From Octopus sinensis (taxonomy: Eukaryota), in contig NC_042997.1 in the NCBI RefSeq assembly GCF_006345805.1, positions 88,784,001 through 88,848,000 of the forward strand: 64,000 nt of DNA. Direction: 5' to 3'. The first letter of the stretch is position 1, and each line of letters starts with the position of its first letter. Of this stretch, positions 39,862 through 52,329 are shown one piece after another. The translations under genes and the position numbers were made by a program. Under the pieces are notes generated by a model, which ran no database searches, had not been told where the DNA came from, and saw only the letters and a list, made by a program, of their open reading frames with translations.

Positions 39862-40049
39862 ATAAGAATTAACTCTCAGAAATAATTAGAAATATGGAGT
39901 AAACATTTGCAAGATTGCATAGTAAACGAGTGAAAGAGAGTTACACGAAACATCCAATGTAAAAGCTCACAGATGATTGTAGCCCATAAAAATAATTTAT
40001 TGCAAAGTTCTCATTGCCATTCTGACTGCTTTCCTAAGGTTCGAGTTTC

Positions 40050-41180
40050 CAATAAATTCGGCGATAAAAAAAAAACAAAAAACAAAAAAAGATATATTGG
40101 TGGTTAGTTGGAAACATGACAAACACTAAAAATGTTGTGTGAAGGGATAGTGTATAACTGTCTTGATCACTTTTGAAATATTGTGATTACAGATATATGC
40201 TGGCTGAGTTAGAGATACTTTTTGAAACGGGATACTTTACTTTGCTGGTTTGGAAAAATCGATAGCAGCAGTGTGTCACAGTAGTGAAACAGAGTCGAGG
40301 TGGAGAATTTAGGAGAGACGTTTGTTGTGTTCTTGCAGTATAGAGTCGGAGGTAAGGAATAGACAACAAATGGGGTTGTCTTATCTGTAGAAAAGCTACA
40401 TAGAAAGTCACCTTGAATAAGAAGTCATTTTTAAAGAAAAGATTCAGAAAAATAAACAGAGTTCTTCCTTGCAAGATAGAATGAATCTCAGCTGCAAGGT
40501 GGATTGCAAGTGAACTTACAGACCATCTGATACATCCTTTGCTTTATTTGATAGTTGCCTTGCTACCGTTACGATGACAGATAACTGGCTCTTTATTGAT
40601 GAAGAAGAGTAATTTTCTTCATGTCTTGTAGGCAGTATTTTTGTGTTGCTCGCCTGTACAACTGCAGCTCACTAATAAGAGAATAAATAACTGGAGTTTT
40701 TGATGCCATGGACTATGGCTCTGTTCGGGATATAGAAGACCTCACTGAAGAGGATACAATAGGCCATCTAATTATCTGTCTTGAAGGATTCAAAAGTGAA
40801 ACACGTTTGGTTCCTATGTTAGTGTAAAATTGATGTAGCTCCAACGGGTTTTCTTTCCATTTTAAAGACTGAGGATTGTGATTTTTGGAAGATTTGACTG
40901 GATTTCATTTTTCTAGCTGAATAATGAACAGCTATTTCTTAGGTTAAATAACAATACCGTTTAAGAGTCATTGCCTCTTGGTCGTAATCTTATTATAACT
41001 CAGGATCATTCTTCATCAAGAATACTCATATAGTAAGACAGCCTTGATGATACCGTCTTAAGTTTGTTTTATTGCATCTTGGGCCGCATAATCCTAAATG
41101 TCCTTCCATTTTTAAGGCAGTAGCTTTGTGATTTGAGATAGATTTGACTGTTGTCCCTAGCAAATCAATTGATAGGCAGA
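40050..41180 (-). mobile_element. Highly decayed Penelope-like RT remnant
   Basis: Weak residual motifs LSID.., FLMKN..E..Y.Q..GI, LF..LENEI, L.QF..N..FTFES; catalytic YxDD not recognisable. Confidence 0.35.
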
Positions 41181-42090
41181 ATTCCTCTATTGGATCTTTA
41201 TAAGTTGTATGTGAAAAGTAATGGGTGCAAAAAAACAAAAATCTGTTAAACAGTACACACAGAGTATTCATTCACCACCAATTTGATATCTTCCCAAAGT
41301 TGCGGAATTCTCATCACATTCACACAAACACGTACTCACTCACACATACGCATATGCATGCGTATAATTACACCTATATAAGTATGCATGTACATTATAA
41401 ATATATGTATATGCATACATATTACACACACACATAGAAACATACACACACACACACGATATAAAGGAGAGGGATAGCAATGATGAAAATGACTGACAGA
41501 TAGAGAGAGGGGGGACGAGGGAGTGTGTGTGTATGTGCATGCGTGTGTGTAAATGTGTATGTGTGTGTGTATGTGTGTGTGTATGTGTGTATGTCTGTCT
41601 GTGTATGCGCGCGAAAAAAGGAAAGAAAGAGTGAAAAACGGAGATGATTGTTGGACGATACAGTTCCAATAGAACCAAATCACGAAGAACGAGAAGATCA
41701 TCGGATGCAAACAGATGGCAGAGGTAATATTTTGAAGGTGCAAGAGAAGGCTGAAGTTTTCATTTTAACCGGAAGAAGTGGTCAACCAGAACAATAATCT
41801 AGAAATATTTGAAAACCTATCAACAGCTTTCTCCCACCATATTTCTCTCTCAATCTCTCTCGCTTCTACTTCAGTAATACGTACTCATGGAAGAATTAAC
41901 CTTTACCAAAACGGATACAACAACAACAACAACATGTACATATAAATGACCATAAGTACACACAAACACAATAACATAAATGCTAATACGTACACATACT
42001 TATCCTCTCCTATATATATATATATGTATATATATATCTCTGTGTGTCTGTACAAATATGTATGTATATATATGCATATATATATATATT

Positions 42091-42137
<47 letters not shown>

Positions 42138-42287
42138 GCGCGCGCACACACAAACACACACATATATACATACACACACACATATATATATACATCAAAT
42201 ACACATTTATCTGTATATGGGCACATAATGTCATAACTTGCTTTTGTGGGAAAGTGATTTGGCGATGTTTGTCTGATTTGATATAGG

Positions 42288-42407
42288 TATGTATGTATGT
42301 ATGTATGTATGTATGTATGTATGTATGTATGTATGTATGTATGTATGTATGTATGTACGTATGTATGTATGTATGTATCTATGTATGTATGTATGTATGT
42401 ATGTATG

Positions 42408-42484
<77 letters not shown>

Positions 42485-42517
42485 GTCTGTCTGTCTGTCT
42501 ATCTGTCTGTCCGTCTA

Positions 42518-42578
<61 letters not shown>

Positions 42579-42579
42579 A

Positions 42580-42676
<97 letters not shown>

Positions 42677-42680
42677 GTTT
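42288..42680. repeat. Long compound (GTAT)n/(ATCT)n microsatellite
   Basis: Direct reading; source of the MYVC/IYLS ORFs. Confidence 0.95.
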
Positions 42681-43049
42681 GCCAGCCCGTTTGCTTGTAT
42701 GCCTGTGTGCCTGTCAGCTTGTCTATTTATCTGTCTGTCTGTCTGCTATTTAGATATGTTACCCTGTCTATCTACCTATCTATATTTCCAACAACTTACC
42801 CCACCTCCCCGACAACTTACCTACCGACCAATGTATTTATACATCTGTCTGCTCAGTTATTTATCAAAACATAACTACGCGCAAATACATATACACAGAA
42901 CCACATCATTACACACACACACACACACATTACATGCCTGTAGACAGATAGATATGTAAGTACATAAATTTACACAGAGAAAGAGAAAGAACAGAGTAAG
43001 AGAAGCAGAAATATTGGCATATCACTTTCCCACCGCAACACTCTATATG

Positions 43050-43064
43050 ACATTAATGGTATAC

Positions 43065-43108
<44 letters not shown>

Positions 43109-43285
43109 TCTCACATACATACACATACCTACACATACATACATACATACATACATACATACATACATACATACATACATACATACATACATGCATACAT
43201 AAGTACGTACATACACACACATACAGTCACACCTGAATAGATGCATTCACATTACGCACACACTTATACATGTATACACACACAC

Positions 43286-43352
<67 letters not shown>

Positions 43353-43476
43353 CACACATATATACACACATTTATATGCATACATACATTCATACATACA
43401 TTTATGTATGTATGTATGTATGTATGTATGTATGTATGTATGTATGTATGTATGTATGTATGTGTGTGTGTATACA

Positions 43477-43575
<99 letters not shown>

Positions 43576-43590
43576 TATATATATACATAT
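43050..43590. repeat. Compound (AT)/(ATAC)/(GTAT) microsatellite block
   Basis: Direct reading. Confidence 0.95.
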
Positions 43591-44273
43591 AAACAAAAAA
43601 TGTCAGTGGAAAGGTCAGGCGCCGGTATAATAAGCGTGACCCCTAGAAGAACGATAGTTTTGCCGCCGAAATGTCATCTGCTTCCAGTGATCTTAAACTG
43701 GTGTCTTCTGTTTTGATTAACTTCCTGATATTGGCTAATAAAAGTCAGGAACGGCTAAGAGCCGAACGCAGGAAACAGTTGAGGGAACAGAGGAAATTAG
43801 CCTCAAGTGGTACGAATATAACACATAGACGGAGAGTTAGAGAGAGAGAGAGAGAGAGAGAAACAAACAAAGAAAGGGAGAGAAAGAGGGGAAGGAGGGA
43901 GGAGAGAATGATGGAAAGAGGGAAGGAAGGAATGAGTTGGAATAAATGAGTACGACAAAGTATTATCTTCGTAATAAATTTGACAATAATAAACCTTTAA
44001 CTTTGATATGACAGTATTATCTCTCTATAGTTGCATCTTCGTTTATAACTGGGCTACATCCTCGGTTAGGTGGGACAGGGTATATCTGGGATAATAAATC
44101 CATGCCTTACATCTATTTATTCTGCCCATTATTTGTGTGCCATAGAGTTAACCTGAATCAGTAATTGTTGCTTACCTATATTTCTTGATACTGTTCTTAA
44201 TTGTTTACATCTGACATGGTGCACACTACCGATTTACCTGGTTCATAGGGTATCTATAACGTTTAACTTTAAT

Positions 44274-44645
44274 CTATATTGTTCACCACTAACATATATT
44301 GTTAACCATTAACCTATACTTTTCACCACTAACCTATATTGTTCACTTCATCACTAATCTATATTGTTCACCAGTGACCTGTATTTTTCACAGTCATCCT
44401 ATATTGCTAACATCAACTTATATATTTCTCCATTAGCTTACATTGTTTACTACTAACCTATATTGTTCACCTTTCAACTGTATTGTTCACCACTAACTCG
44501 TATTGTTTGCCACTAAATTATATTGTTTGTTATTGACCTATTGTTCAATATTGACTTATGTTGTTTGCCACTTATCGAAACTGTTCACGGCTGATCCATA
44601 TCATTCACCATTGATTTTATAGTGTTCATCATGACCTATATTTTC
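44274..44645. repeat. Degenerate 20-bp minisatellite (consensus ~CTATATTGTTCACCACTAAC)
   Basis: 20-nt periodicity is clear at 44274-44345 and decays distally, about 18 units. Confidence 0.85.
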
Positions 44646-45207
44646 CTGTACTGGCCTATGTTGGTTTCTGTTTTAAGCTGAAATACTTCTTGACCCTGAA
44701 GAGGAAGGATAGTGTTTGTGATGCAGTACTAGCTATGCTAAGTATGTGCTTTCAACAGGAGAGATCTTTGGTTAAAAGGGGACACCAGTATTTGGAGCGG
44801 TGAGGGCTTTATTCGAGGGCCACTCGTGTTTAGTGTGGCTGTTTTCTTGATATAAATAGTGCTCGGCTTACCAAAGATCTATAATCACAGATTTTTAAAA
44901 TTTTAATACTGATGTATAATGTTCACCATTGGCCTACATAGTTGAAAGCGGCCATTATCATTGTGTGTCTAATATGGAATCCTTAAGCTAAAATCTTTGA
45001 AACCGAACCGAGGTAACTGTTACATCACTTGATCTCTTCGGATACTTTCTCTGAACGAGATTTGAATACCTCGTAAACCATACAACTGCATAACAATCTA
45101 GTTATATTATATTGCTTAATCAGGGAGTCCTAATTATACACATGAACTTCGCAGATTCTCCAAAGTTGGTGCCATTCATGCAGCTTATGTTCACCTTGAT
45201 TATTTAA

Positions 45208-45417
45208 CCCTTTAAGGCCGGGTATAAATAGCAAGTCTTTTCATGCGGAACGCAAGCAAGGAAAAAAAATACATGATAATCAATCAAATAGCTTATAACG
45301 CAAATGTGGCTTATACACCACACCCGTCTTCAGAATTTAGCAGGTGTCAATAAGCCACACCCGTCTTCTGCGGAAGAAAGCATTTTGTGTCAATAAGCCA
45401 TACCTGGCCTTAAAGGG
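45208..45417. mobile_element. piggyBac-type MITE
   Basis: TTAA (45204-45207) CCCTTTAAGGCCGGGTAT ... ATACCTGGCCTTAAAGGG TTAA (45418-45421); internal direct repeats gtgtcaataagcca and cacacccgtcttc. Confidence 0.88.
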
Positions 45418-46154
45418 TTAAAAGTTGATGTCAGCAGGTACGTTAGGACTCTCGCTACGACCTAAACATCCGGAAGTTGCGCTGCTTGATGAGTATCTGT
45501 GTTTCATTGCACCACACTAGACGGCGCGGTTGCTATCTGTGCGCTTTTTTGAAGATTGGGTCAAACACAGGATATTTGTACCAGTTAGAAAGAAGCCCTT
45601 AAGCTTAGCAGGTTTGTAGCAAAGGTGGAAAATGTAGACATAATATTTGTTCCATTTGCCTCGTTTCTTTGATCAGATTCCACTAAAATGATTCTTTTAT
45701 TTCTTAGGAGGTGGGCAGTAGAATTTCTAGGGTAACCAGTGTTGCGTGGAGCACAGGAATGTAGATGCTTGTAGAATACAGTTCCAACCAGTGGCGTAGC
45801 TAGGGTTTGTGTTGCATGGGGACTGTCTTCGTACATGATACATTTATTTCAAAAGTGGTATTCCTAAAAAACTTTCTTTCTTTTTTTTTTTTATTAAGGT
45901 ACTGAAATTTAAATCCAAGAAAGGTTTTCGGATATAAACACACACAGGAATTTGAAACTCAGCTATTAATAATAATCAAGGTGGTGTGTATTGCCTGTTT
46001 TCTCGTTTGCTTTGCATCAACGTAGTGCCTTAGAATAACCTGGTACAAAGTCACTGGTACAAAAGAAAAGTTTATTTTACTCTGTGATATTACTACCGCT
46101 GTGATCTCTAACCACACAAATATACCTTCCTATAATACTGAAAATATATAGATG

Positions 46155-46470
46155 TTAATCCGCCGAAGTCGACTTTGCCTTTCATCCTTTCGAGGTCGAT
46201 AAATCAAGTACCAGTTACGCACCGGGGTCGATGTAATCGATTTAATCCGTTTGTCTGTCCTTGTTTGTCCCCTGTGTGTTTGGCCCCTTGTGGGTAGTAA
46301 AGAAATATATATAGAAGTTAATCCGCCGAAGTCGACTTTGCCTTTCATCATTTCGGGGTCGATTAAATAAGTACCAGTTGCGTACTGTGGTCGATCTAAT
46401 CGACTGCACCCCACCACCAAAAAAAAGAAGAAAAAATTCGGGCCTTGTGCCTAGAGTAGAAAAGAATATA
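46155..46470 (+). mobile_element. Two tandem 5'-truncated SINE family A copies
   Basis: Both begin gttaatccgccgaagtcgactttgcctttcatc; first has the long tail, second the short tail. Confidence 0.88.
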
Positions 46471-47092
46471 TTGAAGTTAATTCAAGGAGCTATTTGTTAG
46501 TAAACAATGACAACTGCAGCAACATTCGTGATACACACAAATTCAAAGCGATGACAAGAACATAAAAGACGACTTTTGTATATTGTTTAGGAAATAAAAC
46601 AAAAACTTCCTTTATATTCTTTTATGAGTTACTGCTCCACAAGTTTGCTGCAGACAATTTTCCCGGAGAGACGTGACACATAACACCCAGTTATTTGGAA
46701 TGTTCTGAGATATTTATGTCGATGCTTTAAAAATATGTATGAAAAGCTAACCAATTAATGACAGTTGTTGAGTTTACTGCTGAAGCTATCTGCCATCTAG
46801 AAGTGTAACCGAAATGCTATTTTTGTCATTATTGTTAAAACACAGGTTAGTCATGTGATCAAATGTTTTCCAGTCATGGCCATTCCATCGTTTTTATTTT
46901 TCAGTCCCACTGCGCGGCACCTTGGGCAAGTTTTTTTCTACTATACGTCCGGAACAAACAATACCTTATTAGAGGGGAAATTGTGTGGAAGCCGTCGTGT
47001 GTGTATGCATGTATGTATACGCACACACACATATAACGTACACATATATGTATGTATTTATGTATATCTGTCTCTCTCTTTCTCTCTCTTAT

Positions 47093-47117
<25 letters not shown>

Positions 47118-47123
<6 letters not shown>

Positions 47124-47312
47124 CGAGAAGAAAATGGATGTAATAACAAGGGGAAACTAGTCGTTTTTGCTGGTAAGCCTTTAATTTAATTAGATAACAA
47201 AGAAGAAGAAAGCAATGCTTCCTTCTTCTTTGTTATCTAATTAAATTGAAGGCTTACCAGCGAAAGCGACTAGTTTCCCCTTGTTATTACATCCATTTTC
47301 TTCTCGTATATA
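47118..47312. repeat. Near-perfect ~195-bp palindrome
   Basis: Arms of about 95 bp around aagc-aat-gctt, with few mismatches. Confidence 0.95.
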
Positions 47313-47448
47313 ACCTAAGCTACGGTCTACCAACCGAATCACCTGCTACCGTACAACTTTACAAAAGACTATACCTACCCAGGTAATAACCAGGAGCGAC
47401 TTTGGATTTAATTATCCTTTACAGATATTAAACTCCTCTGATACCTAC

Positions 47449-47495
<47 letters not shown>

Positions 47496-48659
47496 GTATA
47501 TATATGACTACCTAGTTCTATAACAAATACAATGTGTTTATTGTTTTTATTTCTCACGGAAATACAAGAATCTTGTTAAGTGATTCTCTAATCAAGATTT
47601 CTGTAAGTAAGATGAAGTTAATGCTTCGATGATAAGGTCCACAAGGACCGAAACATGTTAAGAGTAGCTTCACGTATTTCCTGAAACGAATAAAAACATA
47701 TTAGCAATTCAGATATCTTTTCTTCTCTTTGGAACATTAGTACTTCCAATATTTTGTTCATGTTCTGCATTGTGTGTTTACCGCGACATAGATATATGTC
47801 ATAGAGCAAAGAATTGGACTGATATATAATGGATTCCCTCGCCATGAACGACAAATGAGGGTTCTGTAAATTAAAGCAATAATCATGTTCTATAGACAAG
47901 ATTGTATCTTTTGAGGCCTGCTGGTGTCTTGCAAACTTTTCGGCAAAGGGAACAAATGGAGGCAAAGGGAACAAGGGGAGGACTCAGTTTGCTCGAGTGC
48001 TTGTGGATAATTTATTATGTTTTCTTGAGTGGAGAGTAAGGCCTGGTTTGCTTTGTACAACAAAACCACAATGATGTGTGTATGTATACATACATAAACA
48101 TATATATCACACAAATATGCATACACATATTTATGCATATGTATATACATACATACACACACACACACATATATATATATATATTATATATATATAATGC
48201 ATATATGATATATATGTACGTACATGCACACATACATACGTACATAATACACACATACATATATACATACATACGTACTTGCGTTTATATATTTATATGT
48301 ATGTATGTACGTACGTATGTATGTATGTATGTATGTATGTATGATGTATGTATGTATGTATGTATGTATGTATGTATTTATGTATGTATGTATGTATGTA
48401 TGTATGTATGTATGTATATATGTATGTATGATTTCTCAATTGGAAACAGGTGAAAGAATTCCTACACAGGTGGTAGGGTAAAAAATAACAAAAACCATTT
48501 ATGGCCGCCATTCAGTCATTGAGGACAATCTAGATTGTCAGAGTGTACATGGCATATGTCAGAAATATTCTTTGCCAAATTCTAAAGCCGATGATTGGGA
48601 TGTGTGGTAATATTGCTTTGCTTTTGCACCTAAATGGCGAATACAATGTATATATCGTT

Positions 48660-49015
48660 ATACCGTAATCGTCATCATCATCATCATCGTCATTGTCGTT
48701 GTCATCATCATCATCATCATTAATGTCGTCGTCGACGTTCTTGTTGACATTGTTGTCGTTATCGTCGTCTGCGTCGTTGTGATCGTTATCATCATCGTCG
48801 TCGTCATTATCATCATCATCATCATCGTCATCATCAGCAGCAGTATTGTTGTCGTCATCATCATTATCATCGTCATCTTTATTGTTAACATCGTCATTGT
48901 TATCCTCGTCGTCGTCATCATCATCATCATCATCATCATCATAGTCAACATCATCATCATCATCATCGTCATCGTCGTCGTCGTCATCGTTACCATCATC
49001 ATCATCATCGGCAGC
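48660..49015. repeat. Degenerate (ATC/GTC)n trinucleotide tract
   Basis: Direct reading. Confidence 0.9.
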
Positions 49016-49267
49016 AATAACAGCAATTAAAGATACCGATAATTAAATGCGGCGCACTAACTACATCTTGACCATCGTCAAAATCAGCCGTAAATAATAA
49101 ACGGAATAAATAGCATCAAACACAGACTTTTCGCTCCACGGCTCACGCCCCCCCCCCCCCCACCACTAACACTGCCACCATCACTACTACTACCACCACC
49201 ACTACCACCACCATCACCTTCATATTAACAACAATAACAACAACAACTACTACTCCTCCTCCTACTA

Positions 49268-49306
<39 letters not shown>

Positions 49307-49875
49307 GAGTTTATAACAATCAAAGAAATGCACAAAAATTAGAACCTTTCCACCAGAATGACAAGTTTAGGTGCAGCTGTTCACAGGATAATAATATCGG
49401 CAATAACATTTCCTGGAAGTAAACCTGTTGATTTATACACATACTTTATGGCACACACACGCGCACACACACATATATATATTATACACATACATATATG
49501 TATGTATATATACATAAGGGCTTGGTCAGAAGAGGAAGTTTTCCGCCTATATGCATGTGTGTGTGTGTTTGCGCCTCTCTCTCTCTCTCTCTCTGTATAT
49601 ATATATATATATATATATAATATATCCGTAATGATATACATGTGTACACATTCATTTATCTCACACAGAAACGCACAAATCAGTGAATGGATTAGCCATG
49701 AGGTGTGAAATAATCTAACGATCATTCTCTTTAAACAGTCTGCATTACTCATGCCAGCTCTCACAGGCCTTTCATCCTTCCCACCAGCATCCGCTTTTAT
49801 TTATCCCATTTTTCATTCACAATTTTCCAACCAGCGCGCACCTTTATACATTCTTTCCGTCTTTCTTTCTTTCTG

Positions 49876-49946
<71 letters not shown>

Positions 49947-49980
49947 AATGTCCGCAGTGTTTGGTTCTTCCAATCCTTAT

Positions 49981-50085
49981 GGCCAATCATATTACTGGAG
50001 GATTTTTATGAACCCCTACCCCTTCTCTCACGGATTAAATTTATGCCGACTCAGACAGCCGCCATTTTCCTCGGCTTCCGGAATT
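49981..50085 (-). promoter_or_regulatory. Candidate Pol II promoter / first-exon motif cluster
   Basis: GGCCAATCA (49981-49989), YY1-type GCCGCCATTTT (50058-50068), ETS-type CTTCCGGAA (50075-50083); minus-strand donor-like GTGAGA at 50031-50026. Confidence 0.35.
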
Positions 50086-50326
50086 TGCTACATAATATAT
50101 AGTTTGCTTGTTATAAAAATAGACGTTAATATTATTTTAAAAGAGAAAATGGTCTGTTTGGACGAATGAACTGTTCCGTTTATTCTTCCAAACAGAAGAA
50201 TGAAAGGAATTAAAGAGAAACCAATGTGGAAGAGAAAGAATGGAATTAGAATATACGGTATGGATACGGTGGGGGGAGTGAAAGGATAGTATGAAGGGCG
50301 ACTGAGAAAGGCTAAAGACAGACAGA

Positions 50327-50339
50327 CAGACAGACAGAC

Positions 50340-50398
<59 letters not shown>

Positions 50399-50403
50399 CA
50401 AAC

Positions 50404-50498
<95 letters not shown>
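50327..50498. repeat. (GACA)n/(GATA)n microsatellite
   Basis: Direct reading. Confidence 0.95.
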
Positions 50499-50499
<1 letters not shown>

Positions 50500-51635
50500 G
50501 AGGAAAACAGAAAGTGTTGACTAGGTGGAGGTCTAAGAGAGATTTAAGAGAAAAGGTAAATGAGTAAAGGTAAAAATGATGATAAACGGGGGGAAGAAAA
50601 ATGAGAGAAAGAAAGAGGGACGAAAGTGTGGAAAGAGAGAGAGAGAGGAGGAGAAAACTGACAGAAGTTCAGCAAGAAGGGTGAAAATGAAATTGAAGAG
50701 GAAAAGAGAGAGAAAGCGAGAGGGAAACTCAATAAATGTTATTTTGTAGCAAAATAAAATATAAAAAGAAAATAAAAGGCAATGAATTTGTGGTTTTTAC
50801 TATTGCTCGTGGTATACTCTTAAATATTGTGGTCGTTGCTGTCACTGTGGTTGATGTCTCTTTTGTTGTTGTAGCTGTTATTGATGATGCTGTTCTCGCC
50901 AACTCCAGATCAGTACTGATCTCGCTGACTTTTGATTAGAGACGCTCCAGCAATGGCAACATTAAGGAAAGTATCTTTTCCTTATTTACAACATTAGGGT
51001 ATGACCTGAGGAAGAATTATCTGCTATTTGTTGTAGGTTGAGCGACCAGATAGAGGCTCCTTCGTTTTCTTCGCCTCTGTGACTGCCATAGAAATAAGTG
51101 GAAATAAAGACCCATTCTTAAAAAAAGACGAATTAGTAAAATTCTGTAGAGTATTAATTACTTTTGTATTTATTTAAAGAATTTTCTCGAAGGTTATAGT
51201 CTTGATTGATGCGTCACACTGATATCAGAACTTAGTAGGTATCTTTAACTTATCGGAATTATATTAACCTCATTAACTGAGGTCTCATGTAATTGCTTAG
51301 ACCCTGGTCGATCCTGATCTAGTATATTTATGAGCAAACATGTTGCAGCTTCGAAGTTCTCATTCTTCCATGCACAATGCAGCCAGGACCAAACATTCTT
51401 CTAGTTTTTTTTAAAGAAGTAGTGTTATTTGATGGAGATTTAGCAAGACATTCTAAATCAAAACACTAGGGAACTATTAAAAGAGATCGCTCTCTACAAA
51501 GGAACAGTCAAAAACTCAGAACCTTTTTGAGACTTTTTGTTTTTTGGTTGAAGGCGTGCATCCTATATGTCATAAAATATGATAATATATTATAAAATTA
51601 ATCATATTAACAATATGATAAGCAATGGTGAAAGT

Positions 51636-51843
51636 TACGGAGATGTACTTGCATAGCAAGTGACCTGATCTGAGATCGTGTGCTGGAACGAAAACAATTG
51701 CAGCATGGAAGGTGTTTATAAGCCATTTAAGAAACACCCAAAAACCGTTAGATTCACTTCAACGTTTAAATTTAATTTGTCAAAATATTTTCGTCGCTTT
51801 GAGACCGCGACCTGTTCACTGACAAAACTTCGTGCTGCATCAC
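51636..51843 (-). mobile_element. 208-bp non-coding insertion carrying a hammerhead ribozyme; 9-bp direct repeat flanks
   Basis: GGTGAAAGT at 51627-51635 and 51844-51852; the insert is absent from the paralogous repeat at about 52820. Confidence 0.8.
51776..51826 (-). ncRNA. Minimal type-I hammerhead ribozyme with G3:C8 core variant
   Basis: TTTGTCA-GTGAACA-G-GTCGC(GGTCTCAAA)GCGAC-GAA-AATATT-T-TGACAAA: perfect 7-bp stem I, 5-bp stem II, palindromic stem III. Confidence 0.75.
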
Positions 51844-52329
51844 GGTGAAAGTATTTTACTTCTATTTAATAGTATATATCTAGCTAATAATTTCGACAGC
51901 TGAATGACTTACAGTAGCTTCAACTCAGTTCCTCTACCTTCTAGAAATAGCAGGACTGTACTCACGATATTCTCAGAGATTGGTCATATTATTGCTCAGG
52001 TTGAATAACTGTAAATTGATGACAGCGAGGAGAATCTGGGCTGGAGGGTTGACTTCTTGGGTATGGTGTCCGGTATTGAACCAATAGCGTAGCTAGAGGT
52101 AAAGTGGGCGGTCCAACTCGGATGACGCTTTTATGGGGGCAATACTTTTGGGTCTGCATAACTTGGAGCCTAGGAGGAAGGCAAACTCAAGTGCTGCCCC
52201 AGCGGCACATATTAAATCTACCCTACTGTGTGAAGCCTGAGAGAGGAAGAATAGAAGAGGTAACAAGAATAGATAGTTGTTATAGGGTAAAGTAGCATGC
52301 AATTAGCTAGCTCTGATGTTCAAAGGCTG

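Larger units (their letters stand above)
51562..51975 (+). repeat. AT-rich dispersed repeat interrupted by the hammerhead element
   Basis: Flanks match an uninterrupted paralogue at about 52765-52965 (tattaacaat..atgataagcaa..gtattttacttctatttaat..gctaataatttcgacagct). Confidence 0.8.

Noticed and set aside
43671-43949. [13 protein letters not shown].. with gccgccgaaATG context
   Set aside because: Runs into a (GA)n tract, no recognisable domain or splice donor
44759-44799. Possible 41-nt exon (ttcaacAG..GCG|GTGAGG)
   Set aside because: Weak pyrimidine tract, unrecognised peptide; expected by chance
45789-45815. cagtggcgtagctaggg as a hAT-like TIR (similar word near 52083)
   Set aside because: No matching opposite end or TSD found
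48660-49030. Minus-strand poly-Asp frame resembling acidic biomineral proteins
   Set aside because: Bounded upstream by TAA with no ATG or AG acceptor before the tract; consistent with a drifting (GAT/GAC)n repeat
52070-52095. Minus-strand GGTTCAATACCGGACACCA as a tRNA 3' end
   Set aside because: Poor T-stem and no matching acceptor, D or anticodon arms
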